Positions 42,541 through 55,900 of a DNA stretch of 59,380 bases are shown here, in pieces. The stretch spans positions 1-59,380 of the forward strand of contig JAQGDQ010001148.1 in NCBI GenBank assembly GCA_030141605.1. Direction: 5' to 3'. Position numbers and translations under genes: made by a program. The notes below the pieces were generated by a model. The model ran no database searches. It saw only the letters and a list, made by a program, of their open reading frames with translations, and was not told the DNA's origin. This DNA is from Tubiluchus corallicola. Taxonomy: Eukaryota; Animalia; Priapulida. Numbering within the stretch: position 1 is the stretch's first letter; the number at the start of each line of letters is the position of its first letter.

Positions 42541-43049
42541 CAGGGGTGTGCAAATTATCTGACTAGCCGGGCCACATTAAACTTTCCCGCAATTCCTGCG
42601 GGCCACAGGCAGTTTGATCAAGGAGCCAAGTATAGAAAGTGTATCTATAGCCAAGTATAACCAAGTATATAATAACGATTTTTTTGCATCCGACCTGTGT
42701 ACATCATTACTACTACACTCAAGAAACTATTTTAGAAGTTATTAAAATTTATATTACAAACCATACATTTCTACTTTCAGGACAGATAGTGGTAATTCCA
42801 TTACAATGCATATTAGTAATGTGTATCACACAGTCTGTGTAGTACAGTGACATTAAGCTACAACCGTCTTGTAATGGTTAATGGCATCCGATCTAGTAGA
42901 AAAAACTACCCACACTATCTTTGGGATCGTGGCACGGGCTTCAGCTGGATACACTCAATTAATCGCTCGGGCCGCACTTTCATTAGGTTGACAAATCTCT
43001 TCGCGGGCCTCAAAAATTCTCCCGGCGGGCCGCAATTTGCACACCCCTG
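42541..43049. mobile_element. hAT (Charlie-like) MITE, 509 bp
   Basis: Perfect 16-bp TIR CAGGGGTGTGCAAATT / AATTTGCACACCCCTG, perfect 8-bp TSD ATCTAGGG (42533-42540, 43050-43057), and subterminal CGGGCC motifs. Confidence 0.93.
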
Positions 43050-43876
43050 ATCTAGGGTGAACAATCACAATGTCGGCCGGACATTCGCTACTCAAGGTGA
43101 TGGACAGCAGTAATAAAATATAAACTTTACGAGGTGCAAAAAAGGGGGAACACTTAGTTGTAGGAAAACTGGAGGAGATTACATCAGCTGATGTTTTCTT
43201 GTATCAAGCCACGGTTTATTTATCACGAAAACTTCACTTTAAATAGTTTAAAGCTTTGCAATGAGTTCTATAATTAAAAGGCAAAAAATGTTCTTTGCCC
43301 ATAATTTTTTTGTAGTTCATTTGAATGGGACCCTGTTAGTAAAAAAACGACATTAAGCATTGAACATTATTCTTTTTATTAACAAAATTAGCTCTCTTGA
43401 CTTGTCCAAACTTTTAGTTCCCAGAAAATCGACATTGAAGCTTTGGCACAGCAAGTAATAAAGTTTGCACACCTCCCATTCCGTTTCAGTGGTATTACTT
43501 TGGAATTCTTCTCCATTGAAGGGCTCGTGCGAAAATTGGTTTTACTTCTCATGGCGTAAAGTTAGCAGCATTCGTTGTGGACGCAAGGAGCAACAATAGA
43601 AATGAAAAACAACAGACGTTTTTTTAGAAGGAAATGTAATTAAAATTGCTTTAAGCTGCGTGTTTTAACTAACACCAGTGTTACACATCCAGTACTACAG
43701 TGTACTGTCTTAATTTGTTGAGAAAACGTTAGATGAATTTCACTGGCAGTTTTGTGAAAACTTTGTATGAAATGAGATCACGAAGCATAGGTGATCAATA
43801 TTTTGCATTAAAATGTTTAAAATGTCAGTAGTGACGTATAAATGATACATGTCACACGTTATTGTATACAAATGGC

Positions 43877-44204
43877 ACTTGTCAAAAGTGTTGCTTATTT
43901 TCCATATAAATGATGCTAGTTAAGAGTGTTACTTGTCAAAAGTGTTATTTAGTTTGCGTATAAATAATGCTTGTTAAGAGTGTTACTTGTCAAAAGTGTT
44001 ACTTATTTTCCGTATAAATAATGCTTGTTAAGAGTGTTACTTGTCAAAAGTGTTACTTAGTTTGTCTATACATGATGCTTGTGAAGAATGTTACTTGTCA
44101 AAAGTGTTACTTAGTTTGTGTATACATGATGCTTGTGAAGAATGTTACTTGTCAAAAGTGTTACTTAGTTTGTCTATACATGATGCTTGTGAAGAATGTT
44201 ACTT
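43877..44204. repeat. 54-bp minisatellite, ~6 copies
   Basis: Unit TTACTTGTCAAAAGTGTTACTTAGTTTGTCTATACATGATGCTTGTGAAGAATG. Confidence 0.9.
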
Positions 44205-44559
44205 TTGAGTGGTTTTACTTGAATTGCTGTGACAATAATATGCTTCTTTGGGGGAATGACACATGATGTGCGTAATACAAATATGTAATTTTCATATAAT
44301 TAGCTTCTTACAATGCATATTCTCGTAGTGACCACAGATATTTATATTGATAAACAATATCAGTAAATTATTAAAGTTATGGCCGTCCTTAGGAACTATT
44401 TTTTCGTAGGATGCCGATTTGACGTCAATCGCCCCCCCCCCCCCAGCCCTTTATTTAAACTTTATAGCAACTGTGACAAGTTGACATGAGAGGATAGCAT
44501 ATGCTGAGATGGCAGATTAGATTGAGAAGTTAAGTCGTGAGTAAGATAGTGAAAGGATG

Positions 44560-44580
44560 TGATAAGACTCGGCATAAAAG
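44560..44580 (+). promoter_or_regulatory. Candidate core promoter of protease C (GATA site plus CATAAAA)
   Basis: TGATAAG at 44560 followed by CATAAAAG about 65 nt upstream of the ATG. Confidence 0.4.
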
Positions 44581-44639
44581 AGGACGGAGTCTTAGTAGCA
44601 GCATCAACTGTTGACTCTAAACCACAGTGAGACATCAAC

Positions 44640-47600
44640 ATGAAGCTGCTACTGATCTTCGCTCTAGTTGGAGCTGCCTTGGCTTTCCCAAACAGGCGTA
44701 AGTATTAAAATTTCTTTTCTAATTAAATTATTCTAACTGTTCAAATCTGTGTGCTTATTATGTAGTTTCACTTTTTGTCGATTTCACAAAAGATTTCATT
44801 AATTTGGCAGCAAATGTTTTAAATTTTATTTATATTAAAACGAGCTTAAACACTTGATTAGTGTAGTAGCTATAAAACCTTTTTCTTTCAGCAATTGTGC
44901 AGAGATTTGATGATACGAGAATTGTTGACGGTTCTCCAGCTGAGCTAGGAGAAGTGCCATGGCAGGTAAGTGTCTAAAATCTCAGTTACCGTGCAGGGAG
45001 ATTACTTACTCTGAGTGAGAGATTTCAAAAACTATTCTTTTCCAGAATTATTCTTTTCCAGAAATTTTTTTCCACAAGGTTTTTTAACTGTAAGATGGTT
45101 GTTCATTTATTAACTTACAGTGGAATATTTTATTATTTAATTATGAAAGATAATTGGATTACTTCATAAATTTTAATTGTGCTTAGCTAATCATCTTTCC
45201 TCATTTGGTTGCTAAATTTTAATAATATCTACTTGTTTTATGTAATTACAGGGGTGGTTGGCTTGATGACCATTGGCCTTTTCACCACCCCATCTCCCCC
45301 ATCTCTATTTGTATGTTATTTTTATTTTGTAATTTTGTTTTTTTGCAGTGAGGGAGTTTAACAAATAAATTCTGTATTCTATTCTATTGTTGTAACAGGA
45401 ATGTGCACTGTGCAGTTTCGCCTTGATCACTTAGGTGTTTCTTATATCAGTGATTTATATGTTTCTTAGATGTTTCTCAGATCAATTAGATTTTTTACTG
45501 AAATTAACATAAAAACTGCAATTCCCGTTCTTGATGGATATCAGTTCTGTTTCCAGACCAAACAACTCCGATGCTCTTTGCAGTAACTTGACATTAACAT
45601 TAAAACACTGTACAAGACTTTTTCGTAGACACGAAATGTTCTTCATTTTTGTCTTTGTACTTAGGGAATTTTGTTCAGACTTGGCAGTTTCATTTGTGGA
45701 TGCTCTCTTCTTGATGAGCACAATGTGATCACAGCTGCCCACTGCGTTGACCCGTAAGTATAATTAAGATCAAGATTTTAGCCCTCTGGCACCGGTAATG
45801 GGGTGCAAAATTAACCCAACCGCACTCATTTCATTATATTAATATCCATTTACCAAAAACCTGACAAAAATCAAAATACATGTCATGTAGCCTTTAGCGG
45901 GTCTGTTACTTTCATTATAATATAATAATAATAATTTTTATAACTGTTTTCACTCAAGCGCCCGTATAGCGGTTATTTTGAATGTCTTCATTGTTTAATA
46001 TGAAATTCATTGTTTAATATGGGGACAAAATGAGAAATAAAATCAAATGCTAAACATTTTATGATACGTACTACCGTAATTACTTTGAAATTTACCGTAG
46101 TTATGGAAAAATGGCCTACATTAGGCCTTGGAAGCCAAAGTAAGTAAAGTAACGTGACTAACTTGATAAAATGCGTTCTGACGATTTCTGTCCTGTAATT
46201 CTTCATGTGTAAATTTAATACAGCATGGACTAATACAGCAAAGTAGCCAAAGATACGAGGTAGTCTCAGACACAAACAGAAGTAGTGCAGTATTTATGGC
46301 TGGGCAGCAATCACTCTGCATGCAATTATTCTCGTGATCATGAAAACTTTCTTTGTAATTCATCATTCATTTACCTGAGTAGCAACATTGTCATTCAGAC
46401 ATACACTTGGCTCATCATTGCGTCATACCTAATTTATTGTACATTACAACTTAAAATAGCTCATATTTTCTCGTTTAAGGTACCATAATTCACCAACTTA
46501 CTTCACGGCTGGATTTGGACGTATCACCCAGCAGCCCCAGTCTGGTGACCCCGCCAATATTCAAGTAAGTGTTGCTGATAACATTACCCTAACTATCAAT
46601 ACTCAATCCAATGTTGATGATATCATAACGCTAGCCATTAATATTAAAGACAATGTTGATGATAATGTTACACTAGCCATCAATATTTAAGCCAATGTTG
46701 ATGATAACATTGCACTAGCTATCTATATTCCAGCTAATGTTGATGATAACATTGCACTAGCTATCTATATTCCAGCTAATGTTGTTGATAACATTGCACT
46801 AGCTATCTATATTCCAGCTAATGTTGATGATAACATTGCACTAGCTATCTATATTCCAGCTAATGTTGATGATAACATTGCACTAGCTATCTATATTCCA
46901 GCTAATGTTGATGATAACATTGCACTAGCTATCTATATTCCAGCTAATGTTGATGATAACATTGCACTAGCTATCTATATTCCAGCTAATGTTGATGATA
47001 ATGTTACACTAGCCATCAATATTTAAGCCAATGTTGATGATAACATTGCACTAGCTATCTATATTCCAGCTAATGTTAACTATTTTGTTTAAACTGTAGA
47101 AATATTTTACTTTTGCCTTCTTTATTAACGATTGTCTCACCATCTGCAGTTTTACCAAGAGGAAAAAGATTGTTGTGGAAGTGAAATTATTTGTGTTTGA
47201 AAAACCAATTTGTTAGACTGTTTCAGGGCTTAACAGGTTTATTCACATAAAATTCTGTGACAATTCTGGAACAGTAAAAATTTTGACAAGGTATATTGCC
47301 ATAATACCGAATAATGAACAATGACAGAAACTTCTTACCTGGATTGAAGATTTAAATGTTTTTTCAGTTTACTCGCATCTTCAGACATGAAGAATACAGC
47401 AGCTCTCAAATCTACAATGATGTTGCCATTATGCACCCAGCTTCACCGATCCAGATGACGCAGCACATGAGTGGAATCCGCTTGGCAAGCGATGACAGCA
47501 TTCAATATGATGGATGGATGGGACGTACATCTGGATTTGGAAGAATCTATGGAGGTATTTTATTCATTATTCACCAAAACTGTTTAGACTGTCAGTAAGA

Positions 47601-49150
47601 AAAATCAAAGATGGAGTAGTACTGTCATTCAGGTTCAGGACTATTTTGACGTTTCAGCTTTTATATAATTTACATTACGAGCTGTAAGAAATCAGTAAAG
47701 TCAAAATGGACAATTAAGTCTTTTTGACCAGTTGCTTGGTCGGTTGGTTAAATGGTTAGAAAGACAATCGGCTGGTCTGGCAGTCACTCAGTCGATCTGT
47801 CTTTAGACAGGCACAAAGTTAACTAATCACTCAAACAAATTATCAACTAGTAAACTTAGCAATCATTCTGTTTCTGTTTTTCTTAAAACCACCAGCTTTA
47901 TTGCAGTACTTACTGATGTCAATATTCAACTATGCTTCTTTCACAGGCGGTCCAACATCAAATGTGCTGCTAAAGGGATACGACATGCCTATATTGTCCT
48001 ATGCTCAATGTCGGGCATACTGGGGTTCCTTTATTCAACCTGGAATGATTTGTGCTGGACAGGGATCGCCAACAGTTTGCAACGTAAGTATAACTTCTGC
48101 AATATTAGGATCATATGGGTTCTTATAGCAATTTGGTAAGAATGCAGAAAAGAAGGATAACGTCCCAGATTCAGTGATAGATTCAAGCTGTTGAATGCGT
48201 TTTCAGAGGTTATACATGTATCACAGGAGTCACTCCATGAGCTAAAGCACAAAAACCCTCCACATACATAAAACTTAACATAATCGTCTTGAAATTTTAC
48301 ATTACTAACGTACTGCCTTTTTCATACAGGGTTTGCGTCGGCAGTAACACTGTACAAAACATGTAATTTTAAACTCCCGCGTTAGAGGAAGCCATTTTGA
48401 TGATAAGTCTTGAAACAAGTTTAGATAACACCGAAAAAATAATCAGAGCATTCGTAGCGCACATGTCACTAACTAAGTAAAATTTTAAATTACTGTATCT
48501 ACTCAACAAAATAAAAAGTACGTTTACCAATTGGTGAAAACATTTTAAATAATTAATAATTTTCTTTTTTAGTTACCTGAAATTTTTCAAGAAGGTAATC
48601 AAAATGTTAAGTAATATAACTTTGCATTAATGGTTTTTTGGGACATCATTTAACATTTCCTTTTCTTCCCGTGATTAACGTTGTTCGTATATGACGTCAT
48701 GTTTTGGCGTGGTCGGAACAGTATTGCGGAAGATTTAAATTGAAATCAAACAAAAAATCCTCTCAGCGCGAGTACGATATACGCAAAAAATTGCTAAAAA
48801 GTTATACAATTTTTCAAGGCGATTTATCTGAAACCCTTTTTCAGGTACCCATTTTCTTGTCCTTTAAGTCTGTATATCTTGTTTTATCATTGAACACTGC
48901 TATTCGTTGACAGTAAGTTAAAAATGTGATATTTTTGGTATTCACCATTAAACTTATTCAGTAATTGATTCATGCTTTGTAGGGTGACAGCGGTGGTCCA
49001 CTGTGGGTAGTTGATACTGATAATCAACCAACTCTGGTCGGTGTAACCTCTTGGTCAGTTACTGGATGTCAGATCTCTGGACAAACTTATCCAGATGGAT
49101 GGGCAAGAGTTTCATTCTATTACGACTGGCTTCGTGCTCACATGCAGTAA
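44640..49150 (+). CDS. Chymotrypsin/brachyurin-like S1A serine protease C, 7 exons, 265 aa
   Basis: Exons 44640-44697, 44892-44965, 45665-45753, 46480-46564, 47368-47554, 47947-48083, 48983-49150; all GT-AG, 798 nt in frame. Signal MKLLLIFALVGAALA, activation DDTR|IVDG, TAAHC, NDVA, PTVCN-GDSGGP, TSWSVTGC, YPDGWARV. AATAAA near 49303 and 49329. Confidence 0.94.
45250..45388 (+). mobile_element. 3' tail of a 5'-truncated CR1/L2-like retroposon
   Basis: Stem-loop GGGGTGGT...ACCACCCC, T-rich stretch, AATAAA, then an ATTCTGTATTCTATTCT tail resembling CR1-clade 3' microsatellites. Confidence 0.55.
46570..47077. repeat. 42-bp minisatellite, ~12 copies, starting just after the exon 4 donor of protease C
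   Basis: Unit AATGTTGATGATAACATTGCACTAGCTATCTATATTCCAGCT. Confidence 0.95.
48367..48970. mobile_element. Dispersed repeat copy 2, in intron 6 of protease C
   Basis: Same orientation and colinear with 33989..34702, with internal indels. Confidence 0.7.
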
Positions 49151-49942
49151 ACAGCCTGACATAAACCAAAAATTTTGTTGAAAAGCAGATAAAAATAATT
49201 TTATTTTGTAAATTTTGGAAAAATTGGTATTTAAATAATTACGTCAAAATTTGTGAAGTTTCAAGCGAGACTATGTAACAATGAGAGTTTATGTAAAATG
49301 TAAATAAATTAGTTTTTGATGGTTCTGCAATAAAATAAATAATCTACATTTACTGTTTCAGTCTTTTATTTGCTTATGTATCGCACATTTAGGATTTATT
49401 AAATATCATAGCGTATCACTAATATATCACAAACCTGTCTGTACATGTACAGCACTAATTTAATTAATGGTGTAAGATACACTTGCGTTCTGTACAAAAC
49501 TTTCATCAGACCACCAGAGTCAACAGTGAAACCATTCAGTGATTTTTAGAGACTTGTTACCTGAAATTCAAAATAATTTCACATGTAAGTGACCAATCAG
49601 TGATCATTAACTAAACTGCATTAAAACTGCCTGTTTTGTTATTTTTATTTAGAAAGACCCACTGTAGCTTCTGGTTTTAACTACCTATATAGTTAACATT
49701 GCAGCTATCACACTTGCATTGATAAGCAACACCTTACGCCAAGAATGATGAAAGTTTGTCTTTAAAACAAACAGCTTGAGAAGCTAAAGGCTTTCCTAAT
49801 TGACTAACTAATTAATTAATATGTTGATTGATTGATTCATTCATTCATTCATTTTTATGTAATTCAGCATAAGCCATAAAAAACATACACATAAAATATT
49901 TCCAATAACCCAAAATATGGTGAAATTACTATGAAACTGATG

Positions 49943-52900
49943 ACAAACATCAGTTTCCGCACCAAAGTTAATTAGTCATTATTAGATGTTGCAAACATGG
50001 TGTCTTTCTTAATTGTGTCATTGCATAGGTACCACCTGTGTCATTTTAAAGCAAATATAGAAAAGCTGTTACTACATGTATCTACATATGAAATAGACAG
50101 TAAGTCCGCACTTTTGTAGAGAATGAGCACAGAATACGTACAGAATGAGTTATTACATGTAATGAACTGTTATACGTGTATTTATGAGTTGTTGTTAATT
50201 TTGCTAAACAATTGTTAAGTTAATTTTTAATAAAATATTTTGCACTTCACTTAGAACTTAATATGAATCAGTCATATCAAACTAAATTAAAATATAGTAG
50301 TAGTTGTTTGTCCCAATATTTTATTGTTAAGATGTTTAAGTTGCCATTTTTCTGTTTCAGATTACAGAAGTTGCTGATGAGGGAAAAATCTTGCTGTTTT
50401 CTAGTGTCAAGCCAGTTGCCTATTTCTTCTGTTTCGTCAATATCAGTTGTTAGCAGGTGCTACATGCAAAAAAGCTCACACGGGATTACAATTACTTGAG
50501 AAGAACAGTATTTGTTCCAAACATTTAGGTAAAGATCACAACTTGTTTTCTAGTCTAAAATGAAGTATAGTACAATGTTAATAATAATGTTTCCGGTATG
50601 TCAAATCACAGAGGCAGCGCAAACGTCTTTTTCGTTTACTTATCACCTATTTGAGTGAATGTGTTCTGCCCTGTGCCTCACCTCTTTCTTTACCAAAGGA
50701 AGTATTCAAAAATTAGGTAAATGATTTCTCTAGTTATGGCGCTTCGTGATTCAAAATTTAGAAAGCATAAGCTAATATGCTTTGTCACGTTCACACAACA
50801 TGTGCTTCTGTAAAGGTAGAGCGAAGACATTGAAAAAATGTTGCGTGTTAAAAATGGTTGCAACGAAGAAACACAAAATGAAGCTATTACCAAATATTTA
50901 AATAATATTTCAAGAATTAAGAGCAGAAACGACGAAATGATTTTTTTAAATTACAAACAAATGACAATAACAATGTTTAGTGACCTGCTAGATAAAATGA
51001 AAATTTCACTTGTCATACAAAAGAGTAACACCTACGTCACAGCTTGAGGGTAAATTTCGTGCATATAATATAATAATTTTTGATATCTCGCCTCTTTGGT
51101 TTGTCAATTATTATAAGGACCAGAAGAAACTTTCGATCAGATTTCCTTGAATTTCTGCCTTCTGGTACCTGTGTATCTATAAATCTTATTATGAATTCCC
51201 TGTTCCTTTCTAGGCGCCCTGTCTTCATTTCAGAATGCAGCCACAAACATCAGTTTCCGCACCAATGTTAATTATTTGTTATTAGATGTTGTAAACATGG
51301 TGTCTTTCTTAATGTGTCATTGCATAGGTACCACCTTTGTCATTTTAAAGTAAATATAGAAAAGCTGTTACTACATGTATCTACAAATGAAATAGACAGT
51401 AAGTCCATACTTTTGTAATGAATGAGCACAGAATACGTACAGAATGAGTTATTACATGTCATTAACTGTTATACATGTTTTTTTGAGTTGTTGTTAATTT
51501 TGCTAAACAATTGTTAAGTTAATTTTTAATAAAATATTTTGCACTTCACTTACAACTTAATATGAATCAGGCATATCAAACTAAAATAAAATATAGTAGT
51601 AGTTGTTTGTCCCAATATTTTATTGTTAAGATGTTTGAGTTGCCATTTTTCTGTTTCAGATTATAGAAGTTGCTTATGAGGGAAAAAACTTGCTGTTTTC
51701 TAGTGTCAACTCTGTTGCCTATTTCTTCTGTTTCGTCAATATCAGTTGTTAGCAGGTGCTACATGAAAAAAAGCTCACATAGGATTACAATTACTTGAGA
51801 AGAACAGTATTTGTTCCAAACATTTAGGTAAAGATCACAACTTGTTTTCTAGTCTAAAATGAAGTATAGTACAATGTTAATAATAATGTTTCCTGTATGT
51901 CAAATCACAGAGGCAGCGCAAACGTCTTTTTCGTTTACTTATCACCTATTTGAGTGAATGTGTTCTGCCCTGTGCCTCACCTCTTTCTTTACCAAAGGAA
52001 GTATTCAAAAATTAGGTAAATGATTTCTCTAGTTATGGCGCTTCGTGATTCAAAATTTAGAAAGCATAAGCTAATATGCTTTGTCACGTTCACACAACAT
52101 GTGCTTCTGTAAAGGTAGAGCGAAGACATAGAAAAAATGTTGCGTGTTTAAAATGGTTGCAACGAAGAAACACAAAAGGAAGCTATCACCAAATATTTCA
52201 AGAATTAAGAGCAGACACGACCAAATGATTTTTTAAATTACAAGCAAATGACAATAACAATGTTTAGTGACCTGCTAGATAAAATGAAAATTTCGCTTGT
52301 CATACAAAAGAGTAAAACCAACGTCAGTGCTAGAGGATAAATTTCGTGCATATAATATAATAATTTTTGATATCCCACCTCTTTGGTTTGTCAATTATTA
52401 TAAGGACCAGCAGAAACTTTCGATCAGATTTTTTTGAATTTCTACCTTCTGGTACCTGTGTATCTATAAATCTTATTATGAATTCCGTATTCCTTTCTAG
52501 GCGCTCTGTCTTCATTTCACCATGCAGCCACAAACATCAGTTTCCGCACCAATGTTAATTAGTTGTTATTAGATGTTGAAAACATGGTGTCTTTCTTAAT
52601 GTGTCATTGCATAGGTACCACCTTTGTCATTTTAAAGCAAATATAGAAAAGCTGTTACTACATGTATCTACAAATGAAATAGACAGTAAGTCCGTACTTT
52701 TGTAGAGAATGAGCACAGAATACGTACAGAATGAGTTATTACATGTAATGAACTGTTATACGTGTATTTGTGAGTTGTTGTTAATTTTGCTAAACAATTT
52801 TTAAGTTAATTTTTAATAAAATATTTTGCACTTCACTTACAACTTAATATGAATCAGGCATATCAAACTAAAATAAAATATAGTAGTAGTTGTTTGTCCC

Positions 52901-55900
52901 AATATTTTATTGTTAAGATGTTTGAGTTGCCATTTTTCTGTTTCAGATTATAGAAGTTGCTGATGAGGGAAAAAACTTGCTGTTTTCTAGTGTCAACTCT
53001 GCTGCCTATTTCTTCTGTTTCGTCAATGGCAGTTGTTAGCAGGTGCTACAAGCAAAAAAGCTCATGTAGGCTTACTATTACTTGAGAAGAACAGTATTTG
53101 TTCGAAAGACTTACGTAAAGATCACAACTTGTTTCCTAGTCTAAAATGAAGTAAAGTACAATGTTAAAATAATGTTTCCTGTATGTCAAATCACAGAGGC
53201 AGCTCAATCGTCTTTTTCTTTACTTATCACTTCTTTGAGTGAATGTGTTCTGCCCTGTGCCTCACCTCTTTCTTTACCAAAGGGAGTATTCAAAAATTAG
53301 GTAAATGATTTCTCTAGTTATTCTCTAGTTATGGCTCTTCGTGGTTTAAAATTTAGAAAGCATAAGCTAATATGCTTTGTCATGTTCACACAACATGTGC
53401 TTCTGTAAAGGTAGAGCGAAGGCATAGAAAAAAAGTTGCGTTTAAAAATGGTTGCAATGAAGAAACACAAAAGGAAGCTATTACCAAATATTTCAAGAAT
53501 TAAGAGCAGACACGACGAAATGATTTTTTTAAATTACAAGCAAATGACACAAACAATGTTTAGTGACCTGCTAGATAAAATGAAAATTTCACCTGTTAAA
53601 CAAAAGAGTAATACCAACGTCAGTGCTAGAGGGTAAATTTCGTGCATATAATATAATAAATTTTGATATCCCACCTCTTTGGTTTGTCAATTATTATAAG
53701 GACCAGCAGAAACTTTCGATCAGATTTTTTTGAATTTCTACCTTCTGGTACCTGTGTATCTATAAATCTTATTATGAATTCCGTATTCCTTTCTAGGCGC
53801 TCCGTCTTCATTTCACCATGCAGCCACAAACATCAGTTTCCGCACCAAAGTTAATTAGTCATTATTAGATGTTGCAAACATGGTGTCTTTCTTAATTGTG
53901 TCATTGCATAGGTACCACCTGTGTCATTTTAAAGCAAATATAGAAAAGCTGTTACTACATGTATCTACATATGAAATAGACAGTAAGTCCGCACTTTTGT
54001 AGAGAATGAGCACAGAATACGTACAGAATGAGTTATTACATGTCATTAACTGTTATACATGTTTTTTTGAGTTGTTGTTAATTTTGCTAAACAATTGTTA
54101 AGTTAATTTTTAATAAAATATTTTGCACTTCACTTACAACTTAATATGAATCAGGCATATCAAACTAAATTAAAATATAGTAGTAGTTGTTTGTCCCAAT
54201 ATTTTATTGTTAAGATGTTTAAGTTGCCATTTTTCTGTTTCAGATTACAGAAGTTGCTGATGAGGGAAAAATCTTGCTGTTTTCTAGTGTCAAGCCAGTT
54301 GCCTATTTCTTCTGTTTCGTCAATATCAGTTGTTAGCAGGTGCTACATGCAAAAAAGCTCACATGGGATTACAATTACTTGAGAAGAACAGTATTTGTTC
54401 CAAACATTTAGGTAAAGATCACAACTTGTTTTCTAGTCTAAAATGAAGTATAGTACAATGTTAATAATAATGTTTCCTGTATGTCAAATCACAGAGGCAG
54501 CGCAAACGTCTTTTTCGTTTACTTATCACCTATTTGAGTGAATGTGTTCTGCCCTGTGCCTCACCTCTTTCTTTACCAAAGGAAGTATTCAAAAATTAGG
54601 TAAATGATTTCTCTAGTTATGGCGCTTCGTGATTCAAAATTTAGAAAGCATAAGCTAATATGCTTTGTCACGTTCACACAACATGTGCTTCTGTAAAGGT
54701 AGAGCGAAGACATTGAAAAAATGTTGCGTGTTAAAAATGGTTGCAACGAAGAAACACAAAATGAAGCTATTACCAAATATTTCAAGAATTAAGAGCAGAC
54801 ACGACCAAATGATTTTTTAAATTACAAGCAAATGACAATAACAATGTTTAGTGACCTGCTAGATAAAATGAAAATTTCACTTGTCATACAAAAGAGTAAC
54901 ACCTACATCACAGCTTGAGGGTAAATTTCGTGCATATAATATAATAATTTTTGATATCCCACCTCTTTGGTTTGTCGATTATTATAAGGACCAGAAGAAA
55001 CTTTCGATCAGATTTCCTTGAATTTCTACCTTCTGGTACCTGTGTATCTATAAATCTTATTATGAATTCCCTATTCCTTTCTAGGCACTCTGTCTTCATT
55101 TCACCATGCAGCCACAAACATCAGTTTCCGCACCAATGTTAATTAGTTGTTATTAGATAATGAAAACATGGTGTCTTTCTTAATGTGTCATTGCATAGGT
55201 ACCACCTTTGTCATTTTAAAGCAAATATAGAAAAGCTGTTACTACATGTATCTACAAATGAAATAGACAGTAAGTCCGTACTTTTGTAGAGAATGAGCAC
55301 AGAATACGTACAGAATGAGTTATTACATGTAATGAACTGTTATACGTGTATTTATGAGTTGTTGTTAATTTTGCTAAACAATTTTTAAGTTAATTTTTAA
55401 TAAAATATTTTGCACTTCACTTACAACTTAATATGAATCAGGCATATCAAACTAAAATAAAATATAGTAGTAGTTGTTTGTCCCAATATTTTATTGTTAA
55501 GATGTTTGAGTTGCCATTTTTCTGTTTCAGATTATAGAAGTTGCTTATGAGGGAAAAAACTTGCTGTTTTCTAGTGTCAACTCTGTTGCCTATTTCTTCT
55601 GTTTCGTCAATGGCAGTTGTTAGCAGGTGCTACATGCAAAAAAGCTCACATAGGTTTACTATTACTTGAGAAGAACAGTATTTGTTCCAAAGACTTACGT
55701 AAAGATCACAAGTTGTTTCCTAGTCTAAAATGAAGTAAAGTACATTGTTAATAATAATGTTTCCTGTGTGTCAAATCACAGAGGCAGCGCAAACGTCTTT
55801 TTCGTTTATTTATCACTTCTTTGAGTGAATGTGTTCTGCCCTGTGCCTCACCTCTTTCTTTACCAAAGGAAGTATTCAAAAATTAGGTAAATCATTTCTC

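Noticed and set aside
50263-50499. 78-aa ORF MNQSYQTKLKY... in the large array
   Set aside because: Interrupted by stops in most units, AT-rich, and without a recognisable motif.
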